Source: a virus (taxonomy: Duplodnaviria; Caudoviricetes). Taken from it: DNA of 64,000 nucleotides. Within the stretch, counting starts at the first letter, position 1. Each line of letters begins with the position of its first letter. Of the stretch, positions 36,971 to 46,208 are shown in pieces. Made by a program: the position numbers and the translations under genes. The stretch is taken from the IMG/VR virus record IMGVR_UViG_3300025121_000013; one strand, 5' to 3'. The notes under the pieces are model-generated. The model searched no databases and was not told the DNA's origin. It was given only the letters and a program-made list of their open reading frames with translations.

Positions 36971-38452
36971 GTGATTACAGAATCCTTTTTGGAATCTTGC
37001 TTTTCTATGATTCTTTCTGAATCTTCGAAAATCAAGAAGACAAAAGTTTTGTATCGAGATATATTAGAAATTATCACGTTTTATGAAAAAAGTAAAGAGA
37101 TTAGTATTCCTATCAATATTCAACAAAAAACAGATCTTTTGAAAAAAATTACAGAATTACTTTCTTCAGATAAATCTTTAAATGAATCTATAGATAGCAT
37201 TTTATATAGCGAAAAGTATAAACAATTTTCTGAATATATTGATAATAAAAGAAAAGAAAAATTAAATAGTGGAGAATGGGATAGTATTATTAATCAAATA
37301 CGTTTAAGAAAAAAAATAAATGCGTTATTTAAAAATTTCGATTATTTAAATAATGTAATTGAAACTATAAAAGATGGAACATTTGATAGTTTAGATGATG
37401 CAGTTTTAGATTATGAAAATATGGTTAGAATTTTATTTTCAAATATGATGGATAATAATAGATCGATTTCTTTAGAGGCCGCTTCTTCTTTAGATTTAAA
37501 GAAAGATGATTTTGACGATGTTCTTTCTATGATCATAAAAAAATATGAAAGAAAAAATGTAACCCCAACTGGATTTCCTTTATTTGACAGAGAGGTATTT
37601 AATGGTGGGTTTGAGCCATCGAGATTATATCTTTTTGCTGGCGGGTCAGGCTCAGGAAAATCGACACTTTTATTAAATTTAATTACAAATAGTTCTACGA
37701 ACAATTATTTAAAATTAGTTAATAAAGATGAAAAGCCAAGAGATATTCCAAACGTATATGTTTATATTACAATGGAAAATACAATTGAAGAATCTTTACT
37801 TAGATTGTATATGCAACTTTTTAATAAGACAATTCTTGATTCTCTTGAAGATATAAAAAATCATATAGATATAAAGAAAGAAATTTTAAGATATTTAAAT
37901 ATTACAAATTCCACAATTATAATGAAATATTTTCCCCCAATGTCTATAAGTGCATCGGATATTATGGTCGTTTTAGATGATGCGATAAATGAATATGGAA
38001 AGGACTCTATAAAAGGTCTTTATGTTGATTATTTAGACCTTTTAAAACTTGATGTAAAATATGATATTTATCGTTTAGAATTAGGACATATAACTTTATC
38101 TTTAAAAACTATCGCTGTTCATTATAATATTCCCGTTATAACCGCTTCACAATTGGGAAGGGCTTCATACAGAATAAGTAAAGCGTCAGAATTGAATATC
38201 GACCAAATCGGAGAATCTATTAAAAAGGTTGAACATGCAGATTTCGTTTGTTTAATGGCTAGAAATCTTTTTAATCAAGATATTGTTCATGGAAAGGTTG
38301 GAAAGAATAGAGGCGGAAAATCAAATGTCGATATTCAGTTTAAGGTAGATTTTCAAATATATAAATTTATCAGCGCATCTAAAGAATCTGTTATGAAGGA
38401 TGGAAACATAAGTGAATCAGCAAAGTTCAATACAATCAAATCTGGTTTTTAA
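36971..38452 (+). CDS. SF4 replicative helicase (DnaB/T4 gp41-like)
   Basis: AGGSGSGKST Walker A, YITMEN, YVDYLDLL, TASQLGR, IGES; GTG start after GGAGG. Confidence 0.9.
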   Translation: MITESFLESCFSMILSESSKIKKTKVLYRDILEIITFYEKSKEISIPINIQQKTDLLKKITELLSSDKSLNESIDSILYSEKYKQFSEYIDNKRKEKLNSGEWDSIINQIRLRKKINALFKNFDYLNNVIETIKDGTFDSLDDAVLDYENMVRILFSNMMDNNRSISLEAASSLDLKKDDFDDVLSMIIKKYERKNVTPTGFPLFDREVFNGGFEPSRLYLFAGGSGSGKSTLLLNLITNSSTNNYLKLVNKDEKPRDIPNVYVYITMENTIEESLLRLYMQLFNKTILDSLEDIKNHIDIKKEILRYLNITNSTIIMKYFPPMSISASDIMVVLDDAINEYGKDSIKGLYVDYLDLLKLDVKYDIYRLELGHITLSLKTIAVHYNIPVITASQLGRASYRISKASELNIDQIGESIKKVEHADFVCLMARNLFNQDIVHGKVGKNRGGKSNVDIQFKVDFQIYKFISASKESVMKDGNISESAKFNTIKSGF

Positions 38453-38471
38453 GATCTGATCTTAAGATTTT
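38448..38471. promoter_or_regulatory. palindromic site TTAAGATC-T-GATCTTAA, copy 1
   Basis: 24 nt identical to 46091-46114. Confidence 0.6.
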
Positions 38472-38543
38472 GTGAAATATTTTTATGAACAAAATCTAAA
38501 TTGATGGTGTTTTATTTTTAACAATATCTTTGGAGGTAGGGAA

Positions 38544-39338
38544 ATGTCTAAAAGAATGTCTTATCTTGAACTTTTAAGAGAGGCTGTAAATGGTGATATT
38601 GAAACTGTGACGAAGTTTGTTGATACGAAAGGCCCAATGGTTGAGCCTATCTTGTCTTATCGTGGTGAAGGGGAAATGTCCACTCATAAGGATGCCGCTT
38701 CAATTCTTGAAAGATATTATTATAATGAAAATGAGGAGCCTTATATCCAGGTTGAGGATGAGCCAATTGATAATCCTATTTCAACCGTCCCTGAAGAGAA
38801 TCCCGAAGAGACAAAAAATGATATTGAGCAGGCTTTAACTGAGGCTGAGGAAGAGGGTGGAGAAGAGGAAAAAGAAGACAAAGACGAAGATGAAAAAGAA
38901 GAAGATGAAGAGACTGATGAAAAAGAAGAGGACGAAGATAAGAAAGAAGTGACAACCGAAAGTATGGAAAGAACTATTATTGAGAGACTCATCTCTGAAA
39001 TGGAGTCTGAGTCTGAAGAGGATGAAAAGGGTGAGGGAAGTGAAGGAGAAAAGGAAACTGAGACAGGAACAGAAGCAGCCGGTCTTGGAGATGGAAAAGA
39101 AGTTTTAGCAGAGGAAGATGATGAGGAAAATATGGATAAGGAAGATGAAGACGAGAATGATATAGAAGACGAAGATGAGGATGAAGACGAAGATGAAAGC
39201 AAAGTGGATGAGTTTGATGTTGATAATAAAATCTCTGAAGGATTTCCAATAGGTCCGATTTCTAACAGAGAAGAGAAAGATCTTCAAGAAACCTTTAAGA
39301 TTTTTATGGATGAAATAAAGGTTTACAGAAAGAAATAA
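38544..39338 (+). CDS. highly acidic protein, possible prohead core/scaffold
   Basis: Long Glu/Asp tracts; opens the head region; preceded by the palindrome and GAACAAA. Confidence 0.5.
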   Translation: MSKRMSYLELLREAVNGDIETVTKFVDTKGPMVEPILSYRGEGEMSTHKDAASILERYYYNENEEPYIQVEDEPIDNPISTVPEENPEETKNDIEQALTEAEEEGGEEEKEDKDEDEKEEDEETDEKEEDEDKKEVTTESMERTIIERLISEMESESEEDEKGEGSEGEKETETGTEAAGLGDGKEVLAEEDDEENMDKEDEDENDIEDEDEDEDEDESKVDEFDVDNKISEGFPIGPISNREEKDLQETFKIFMDEIKVYRKK

Positions 39339-39378
39339 AAAGTCAAAGAAAAGCTTCAACGTAAGGAAAAATACTAAA

Positions 39379-39417
39379 CCCCATTGACCTATGTTATAAA
39401 GATATAGGTCAATGGGG
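39379..39417 (+). terminator. 14-bp inverted repeat
   Basis: CCCCATTGACCTAT / ATAGGTCAATGGGG. Confidence 0.6.
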
Positions 39418-39446
39418 GTTTCTTTTCAATGAAAGAGAGAATTGAA

Positions 39447-39842
39447 ATGTCAGAGAAAAAGAAAATCTATTTAGCTGGACCGTATTCTCATAAAGAAAAA
39501 GAAATTAGAAATAAAAGATTTGAAGATTTAAATAAAATTTCTGGAATTTTAATTTTAATGGGATATCATGTTTTTAGTCCAATATCTCATTCTCATCCAA
39601 TTGCTGAATCGGTTGAATTACCTACTGAGTTTGATTTTTGGTGTGAATATGATACGTGCTTTATTAATTGGTCTGATGGGATTTTTGTTTATTGTAATGA
39701 TGGATGGAAAATAAGTAAAGGAGTTACAAAAGAGATCGAAATTGGAAAATCTTTAGATAAACCAATATATTATATTTATCCAGAGAATGTGGATTTCGAA
39801 AGAAAAAATCTTTTGGCATTTGTATCGCCACCTTTAAAATAA
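39447..39842 (+). CDS. DUF1937 family (nucleoside deoxyribosyltransferase-like) protein
   Basis: KIYLAGPYSH, VFSPISHSH, WKISKGVTKEI. Confidence 0.75.
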   Translation: MSEKKKIYLAGPYSHKEKEIRNKRFEDLNKISGILILMGYHVFSPISHSHPIAESVELPTEFDFWCEYDTCFINWSDGIFVYCNDGWKISKGVTKEIEIGKSLDKPIYYIYPENVDFERKNLLAFVSPPLK

Positions 39843-39853
39843 AAGAGGATACT

Positions 39854-40102
39854 ATGAAAGTTATAACCGTTACAAATCATTCAATTTTAAAAGTTTCTGG
39901 AAAAGTCTTTAGAACTCCAGCAGTTTTCACAATCCACGAAAAAGAGTTGCCATCAGTTTTACTTCAATTAAAACAAAATTCATGTGAATATTTTATTAAC
40001 GAAAAATCTCCAAGGGAAATTAAAAAAGAAAAATTCTCTAAGATTGAAATTACTGATAATAGTATAATTGAAGAGATTGAGGAAACAAAGGAAGGAAAAT
40101 AA
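39854..40102 (+). CDS. hypothetical protein
   Basis: GAGGA RBS; operon packing. Confidence 0.55.
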   Translation: MKVITVTNHSILKVSGKVFRTPAVFTIHEKELPSVLLQLKQNSCEYFINEKSPREIKKEKFSKIEITDNSIIEEIEETKEGK

Positions 40103-40107
40103 ATATT

Positions 40108-40329
40108 ATGTATTATACAATTTCAATTTTTTGTAAAGATAAAAATGAACCAATCATTCTAAATATTGAAGAAGAATTAAAAGATGAAGACTTAATCAAA
40201 ATTCAAAACATGTTCACTCAAACAAATATCGTTAGGATAAAGTTAGAGAAAGAAGAAATTCTTATTCGACCCTCAACGATTTTGGCTATTCATATTAAGA
40301 ATAATTTAGAAACAATAAGAGAGATATAA
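40108..40329 (+). CDS. hypothetical protein
   Basis: Operon packing. Confidence 0.55.
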   Translation: MYYTISIFCKDKNEPIILNIEEELKDEDLIKIQNMFTQTNIVRIKLEKEEILIRPSTILAIHIKNNLETIREI

Positions 40330-40331
40330 AA

Positions 40332-40787
40332 ATGGAATATCTATTTTTTTATTTAGGATTTATGTTATTTCTTGTTGTAATATCTTTTATTGGGATAAGG
40401 ATTTTAGTTAATTTTTTACATGATAAAAACATCCATCAAAGAATTATGACGTTTGAAACATATATGGTCGTTTTAGAATATCATTTACAAAAGGCGTATA
40501 AAACTATACATAAAGATAATATATTAATTTATTCAATCTCAGCAGTTTATCACAGCGAAAAAGAAATAGATGAGTTAGCTAAAAAATTTGTTAAATTATC
40601 ATATGATTTAATTGGCCCTAATTTGATAAAAGAATTTATAATTCTTTATGGGGATGAATCAACATTTTTGAAAATTGTTTTAGATTATTTTATAGAATCA
40701 TATGAAAATGATGAAATAAGAAAGACTGCAATAAATAATTTAACTAAAGATGAAAATAAAAAAGAGACTAATATTGGGGAAATATAA
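40332..40787 (+). CDS. N-terminally membrane-anchored hypothetical protein
   Basis: Hydrophobic first 28 residues. Confidence 0.6.
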   Translation: MEYLFFYLGFMLFLVVISFIGIRILVNFLHDKNIHQRIMTFETYMVVLEYHLQKAYKTIHKDNILIYSISAVYHSEKEIDELAKKFVKLSYDLIGPNLIKEFIILYGDESTFLKIVLDYFIESYENDEIRKTAINNLTKDENKKETNIGEI

Positions 40788-43700
40788 ATGGCTTCAATTA
40801 AAGATACGTTTGCAAAGTTAAAAACTTCTATCGTTGGAACAACCACCACAAATATTGATAATAAATTAGATCAGGCTTTAACTGATATTAATTCATATAG
40901 AAATCAAAGTGGTAAAAATGGTTATATTGATTTAATGAAAACTTTGATTTCAAAGAATGTTGATTTTGTTCCCGACGTTGCTAACACCGGAACTGGGTTA
41001 TTTGGGTCTGCTGGTTCTTCTCCAGCTAATTATGGACAAAGTGGCAGAATTTTAAGATATAAAGTTTATCAATCAATTGTTACAAATATTAGTTATTGTT
41101 TTAGAGCATTGGATGTTTTAGTTGATAATATTTTATCTCCAGATGACATTACAAAAATTTCATTAGACGTAAAAGAAATTAAAAATATAAATGATATAAA
41201 TGTTCAAAGTTTGACAGAAAAAACTAAATTATTAATAAATGATATAAAGCTTGAAAAACATTTGCCTTTAATTATTAAAGAGACATTAAAGTTTGGAGAT
41301 TTCTTTGTCGAGATTAGCAATTCAAAAGATGTTTTATTTACAAAAACAATTTTAACTGAAGAGAGTATTTTAGGACAGGATGAAAACAGAGGAAAACAAA
41401 GAATCAAATTACAAGAAAAACTTATTGATGAAAAAGATTCAAAGTTAAAAATTCCTGAAATTTTAATAGATTATAAGATATTAGAAAATGAAAGAAAAGA
41501 AGGAAAAAAAGAAGAGAAAAAATTAACTTCTAAAGATATTAAATTAGTTTTTCATGCCCCTCAAAGAGTGGTAAAATTACAGAGTGTCGCATATCCAATT
41601 TGTTTTGGATATTTAATATTTCCACAATCCTCATTTACTCCAATAGAGATGTTTCAAGACACCACAATAAATAATATTTGTAATCAAATTTTAAAAAATC
41701 TTGAATCAAATATTCCAGCGATGGGTGACTTTGATGCGCCGGATGATTTAAAAGATGTCATCCGTTTAATGATTCAAAATGCCGATCCAACCAGAGCATT
41801 GAGTATTAGATATGTTCCGCCTAATAAAATTGCACATTTTTTGGTCCCATCTTATAAATATTATCCTTATGGAGAATCCATATATGATAGCGCTCAATAC
41901 ACGGCGAAAGTTTTAATCGCTTTAGAAACGGCTTTAGCCATTCAAAGACTTTCAAGATCAACTGAGAAAAGAAAGATCACGGTTGATATTGGATTGCCAA
42001 GAGATGCAAAAAAAGAGATTGAAAGTTTAAAAGAAGTTTTTAGAAAGAGAAAAATCAATTTAGATTCGTTTGGAACTATCGACACTATAGCGTGTTTAGA
42101 TTTGGATACTGAGATTATGTTGACAAATGGCAAATCAATGCCAATAGGAGACATTGTAAAATATTTTAATGAAGGAAAAGAATTTGAAATTTTAGCCTAT
42201 GATAAAGAGTCTGGGACAATTGTTCCTGATAAAGTTGTAAGCGCTAAAATAACTGGAAGAAATGTTAAAACTATAAAGGTGATTTTAGATAATAATGAAT
42301 TTGTAATTTGTACGCCTGAACATTTATTTATGATGAGAGATGGCTCATATAAGGAAGCAAAAGATCTTATTCTTGGTGATTCTTTAATGCCTTTATATAC
42401 ACGATCTTCAAATAGTACAACTTCTAAGGGGTTTACTTATGAAGAAATGTATCAACCTGGGTTAAATACTTGGAAATTAACCCATCAAGTTTTTGGAAAA
42501 TATTTAGGACTTTATGAAAATAAAGATGTTGTGCATCATATTAATAAAAATCCAAGAGATAATAGTTCTTGTAATCTTTTAGGATGTACACATACAGAAC
42601 ATGCTGAGATTCACTCAAATGATAAAGAAAATGGTTATAACGGTGGAAATATTGGAAGGACTCAAATTAGAAAGAAAATAAATTGTGTTATTTGTGAAAA
42701 AGAATTTGAGAAAAATTATTGGGAAGAAAAACTAACTTGTTCCAATGAATGCTTTTTAATTTATAAGAAAAACTATAGCGTAAAGTCTTGGGAAACAAGA
42801 AAAGATCAAAATGAATATGTGCTTCATTCGGAAAAGTGTTTTATTTGTGGGAAAGAGTTTAAGATCACTAGATCTTTATATAATAAGATGATCGACGATG
42901 GTTTGAGATTAGTTTGTGAAAGTAAAAAATGCAAAGAAATTAATAAAGCGGTAAGAAAAGAAAGTTGTCCTATTTTTTATGTAGAATGTGTTAATTGTAA
43001 AAGAAATTTTATATCTGAAGATAAAAATAGAAAGGCTTGCAATGTTTTTTGTTGGAATAAACATATTAAAGAAAATGGGTTTAAACAAAATAGAGTTTCA
43101 GGAAAATGTCAAAACTGCGGAAAAAACGATATAGTATATTCTAAAGGTTTTTATAAAACATGTGATAATAAGAATTGTAAAAAAATAACAAAATCTTTAA
43201 ATACAACTTTATGTAAAAATGGAAATTGTACATTAATTGATTTTACAAAATGTTCTATATGTGGAAAAGATACTGTAATTTCCAAAAAGAAATCTGGATA
43301 CACTTTTGGAACTTGTGGAATAAGATCTTGTAGCCATAAAGCAATGCATAGGGGAATTTATCGAAATAAAGATCTTCAGGTTTTAAGAGAAGGAGTGAAG
43401 ATTGAAAAAAAGATTTTTTCAAATCATAAAGTTGAATCTATCGAGTATTTAAATGAAGGAAGAGATGTCGCAGACATTCAGACATCTAAATATCATAATT
43501 TCGGACTTAAAGCTAGTATATTCGTACATAATTCGCAAATCTCCACATTCGAGGATATCTATATTCCTACCAAGGACGGTAAGGCTTTTTTCGATGTTGA
43601 CACATTTACCGGTGGAAATGTTGATATTAGATCAAAAGTTGATGAGTTAAAATTCCTTAGAGATCAATTAGTTGCATCACTTTCGATTCCACCAGCGTTT

Positions 43701-44132
43701 TTGGGGATAGAAGAAAACGCGATCGTTAAAGCCACGTTATCCGAAGAGAATATTCTTTTTGCTAGAACAATTATTGCAGACCAGAAATTTATTTCTGAAC
43801 AAATAAATGATTTAATAGAAAAGATTTATCAAATTATTGATCCAGAAGAATATTTAACAGCTTGGGAAAATATTAAAATTACTTTGCCTCCGCCAAAGTC
43901 TTTACAATTTGAGAGAGAAGCAAAATATACAAATGATTTAGTCACTTTAGTTGAATCGCTTGAAAGAATAGGGATTCCAAAAAGTTATAGTGTTAAGAAA
44001 TATTTACAAAATATTGACTGGAAAGAAATAGATCAAATAAAAGCTGAAGAAGAAACTGAGGAAAAACTTAATTCAAAAGACAAAGATACAACAGGAGGAA
44101 TGGGTGGCAGTGGGTTGCCTCCTATGTACTAA
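40788..44132 (+). CDS. T4 gp20-like portal protein interrupted by an intein
   Basis: YPYGESI, ALAIQRLSRSTEKR, FEDIYIP, DELKFLRDQL...IPPAFL; lies upstream of the protease and capsid genes; about 634 aa after splicing. Confidence 0.8.
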   Translation: MASIKDTFAKLKTSIVGTTTTNIDNKLDQALTDINSYRNQSGKNGYIDLMKTLISKNVDFVPDVANTGTGLFGSAGSSPANYGQSGRILRYKVYQSIVTNISYCFRALDVLVDNILSPDDITKISLDVKEIKNINDINVQSLTEKTKLLINDIKLEKHLPLIIKETLKFGDFFVEISNSKDVLFTKTILTEESILGQDENRGKQRIKLQEKLIDEKDSKLKIPEILIDYKILENERKEGKKEEKKLTSKDIKLVFHAPQRVVKLQSVAYPICFGYLIFPQSSFTPIEMFQDTTINNICNQILKNLESNIPAMGDFDAPDDLKDVIRLMIQNADPTRALSIRYVPPNKIAHFLVPSYKYYPYGESIYDSAQYTAKVLIALETALAIQRLSRSTEKRKITVDIGLPRDAKKEIESLKEVFRKRKINLDSFGTIDTIACLDLDTEIMLTNGKSMPIGDIVKYFNEGKEFEILAYDKESGTIVPDKVVSAKITGRNVKTIKVILDNNEFVICTPEHLFMMRDGSYKEAKDLILGDSLMPLYTRSSNSTTSKGFTYEEMYQPGLNTWKLTHQVFGKYLGLYENKDVVHHINKNPRDNSSCNLLGCTHTEHAEIHSNDKENGYNGGNIGRTQIRKKINCVICEKEFEKNYWEEKLTCSNECFLIYKKNYSVKSWETRKDQNEYVLHSEKCFICGKEFKITRSLYNKMIDDGLRLVCESKKCKEINKAVRKESCPIFYVECVNCKRNFISEDKNRKACNVFCWNKHIKENGFKQNRVSGKCQNCGKNDIVYSKGFYKTCDNKNCKKITKSLNTTLCKNGNCTLIDFTKCSICGKDTVISKKKSGYTFGTCGIRSCSHKAMHRGIYRNKDLQVLREGVKIEKKIFSNHKVESIEYLNEGRDVADIQTSKYHNFGLKASIFVHNSQISTFEDIYIPTKDGKAFFDVDTFTGGNVDIRSKVDELKFLRDQLVASLSIPPAFLGIEENAIVKATLSEENILFARTIIADQKFISEQINDLIEKIYQIIDPEEYLTAWENIKITLPPPKSLQFEREAKYTNDLVTLVESLERIGIPKSYSVKKYLQNIDWKEIDQIKAEEETEEKLNSKDKDTTGGMGGSGLPPMY
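42093..43532 (+). mobile_element. intein (480 aa) with HNH endonuclease and Cys-rich repeats
   Basis: Starts CLDLDTEIML, block B CTPEHLF, HNH VVHHINKNPRDN...HTEH, ends FVHN followed by Ser. Confidence 0.92.
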
Positions 44133-44147
44133 GGAGATTTTAATATA

Positions 44148-44729
44148 ATGAAAAAAATTGATGAAAAAATACATGATTTAGTAAAAAAAATAAAGACAGA
44201 AACTTTTTCTGACTTTTTTAATGACTATGATAATTTAGGAGATTTTCAAGTAAGTGACAGACCCTATAATACAAATATTCCATATACGTTAGAACAAGAA
44301 GAAGTTCCGACAGATCCATCTTTACCTCAACAACCCCCAGTTGATGATGCATCTGGGATGCAAGATCCATCTTTACAAGGTGGAATGGTTGGAACAGATC
44401 AATATGGAAATCCATTACCAACTGGAGAAGCGGAAATTCAAGATCCCGAAGTTTTGGGAAAAGTATATGAATTAAAAAAGATTTATTCAAGATTGACAGA
44501 CGCTTCTGATTTATTAGAAGGCATCACAGATCCTGAAATAATTCAATTGAAACGTTATACCGAAGAAACTATAGAATTATATCAATTATTATTATCCAAT
44601 GTTGAAAAGTTTGAAAATCAGCTTGATGATATTATTATACATTTTTATAATTTCATCTTAAGAATTTATGAGGAGTTAACAAATTATTATCAAAAAGAAA
44701 AACGTAGGGATAAAGCGGAGGCTAAATAA
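44148..44729 (+). CDS. hypothetical head-module protein
   Basis: AGGAG RBS; lies between portal and protease. Confidence 0.6.
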   Translation: MKKIDEKIHDLVKKIKTETFSDFFNDYDNLGDFQVSDRPYNTNIPYTLEQEEVPTDPSLPQQPPVDDASGMQDPSLQGGMVGTDQYGNPLPTGEAEIQDPEVLGKVYELKKIYSRLTDASDLLEGITDPEIIQLKRYTEETIELYQLLLSNVEKFENQLDDIIIHFYNFILRIYEELTNYYQKEKRRDKAEAK

Positions 44730-44730
44730 T

Positions 44731-45390
44731 ATGTCTCATTTTATTATGGAAAGTCCTATTTACCAAGAGCCTAAGGTTTTAAAAGATTCAATACAAAAAG
44801 CAAGATTTCGTATGATTTTACAAGATTTAGACACTATAAATGCGAATAGAAGAATGTACCCTTCAGACGTTATTTCAGAAGGTTTGAATGATTGTAATAT
44901 AAGAATGAAAAGGAAAGCCTTTTTTGGCGAATTGGATCATCCATTTCCAACAGGAAAAGAAGAGTTTGATGCGATTAGACAAACTACAGTTTCTTTAGAG
45001 AAAGTTTCACATTATATTTGTGATTATGAAATTAAAAATAAACAAGTTATTGGAGAGATAGAAACCGCAAATACTAATTCGGGGTATATTTTATTGGGTC
45101 TTTTAAAAGATAAAGCGGGCATTGGCATGTCCATGAGAGGCGTCGCTGAATTAGAAAGAACACGAGAATATAATAGGGTAATGAGACCATTGACCATTAT
45201 CGGCTATGATGCGGTTTCAATGCCCTCCCATACCTCTGCATTGGTCGACTTCAATGAAATGAAATTTGAATCAAAATGTTTGATGGAAAATTCAAGAATG
45301 ATTTGTGTTGGGGGAAAATGTTTCTTGCCTGATTATTTTGATAAACTTGTTGAATCAAAAATTATAACCTTTTTTGATAGGTGGGTGTAA
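44731..45390 (+). CDS. prohead protease (T4 gp21-like)
   Basis: NRRMYP, GELDHP, GMSMRG, YDAVSMPS. Confidence 0.85.
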   Translation: MSHFIMESPIYQEPKVLKDSIQKARFRMILQDLDTINANRRMYPSDVISEGLNDCNIRMKRKAFFGELDHPFPTGKEEFDAIRQTTVSLEKVSHYICDYEIKNKQVIGEIETANTNSGYILLGLLKDKAGIGMSMRGVAELERTREYNRVMRPLTIIGYDAVSMPSHTSALVDFNEMKFESKCLMENSRMICVGGKCFLPDYFDKLVESKIITFFDRWV

Positions 45391-45672
45391 ATGGAAATTA
45401 TTATCGAGAATGAAGGAAGAAAATTAAATGATATTGAATTTAAGAATATTGTAGAATCTTTTGCAAAAAGTTTTGACCCTGAAGTTCAGAAACAAATTGA
45501 TAAGTTAGATAAACAAATTTATATCACAGAAGAAAAGTTATCAAGACAAAAAGAATTAATTGCTAAATCAAAGGATTTGAAAGATATGATGATTAAAGAA
45601 AATGATGAATTGGATAATAGAATCTTTTTACTAAAATCTCAAATTTTACAAAAGTTAGGGGGTGACTTGTGA
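45391..45672 (+). CDS. coiled-coil hypothetical protein
   Basis: Heptad-rich; head module. Confidence 0.55.
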   Translation: MEIIIENEGRKLNDIEFKNIVESFAKSFDPEVQKQIDKLDKQIYITEEKLSRQKELIAKSKDLKDMMIKENDELDNRIFLLKSQILQKLGGDL

Positions 45673-46064
45673 ATATCGAAGCAACTGAAATGCCAGATAT
45701 TTTATCTGAGAATATAGATAAAATAAAAGTGAAATTGGCTGATTCATTAATAGATAAAATTAAGCCTTTGGTTAATTTAGGGTATGAAAAAAGAAATAAT
45801 ATAATTAAAGAATTGGAATTAAAGATTTTACAAAATAAGCAAATAATGGAATCTTTAAAAAATAACCTTGTTAGTATCGATAAAGAAAAAAAGAAAAAAA
45901 ATAAAACGATTGAATTATTAGAAAATACCCTTAGATTAGTCTCAAAAGAAAATTTATCAAAATTAGCTTCAAGAAATGAATTGGTCACTTTGATAAATAT
46001 TTCTGATAAAGTGAGTATAGATAGATTGGAAGAACATATTCGATTTATCAAAAATATGTTATAA
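45669..46064 (+). CDS. coiled-coil hypothetical protein
   Basis: GTG start overlapping the previous stop. Confidence 0.5.
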   Translation: MNIEATEMPDILSENIDKIKVKLADSLIDKIKPLVNLGYEKRNNIIKELELKILQNKQIMESLKNNLVSIDKEKKKKNKTIELLENTLRLVSKENLSKLASRNELVTLINISDKVSIDRLEEHIRFIKNML

Positions 46065-46090
46065 GATCTGATCTGAATAAATATTTTTAA

Positions 46091-46114
46091 TTTAAGATCT
46101 GATCTTAAGATTTT
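46091..46114. promoter_or_regulatory. palindromic site TTAAGATC-T-GATCTTAA, copy 2 (partial third copy at about 46062)
   Basis: Upstream of AGAACAAA (46141) and the capsid gene. Confidence 0.6.
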
Positions 46115-46208
46115 TTAAGTTCTGTTATATGTAATATTAAAGAACAAAAAAATAACTAAAGTTTATAACTATTTATTGATTTAGATAGCAACCTAAAGGA
46201 GGAAATGT

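Noticed and set aside
38741-39202. Poly-Ser antisense ORF / simple repeat element
   Set aside because: It is the reverse complement of the GAA/GAT-rich acidic gene, not an independent feature.
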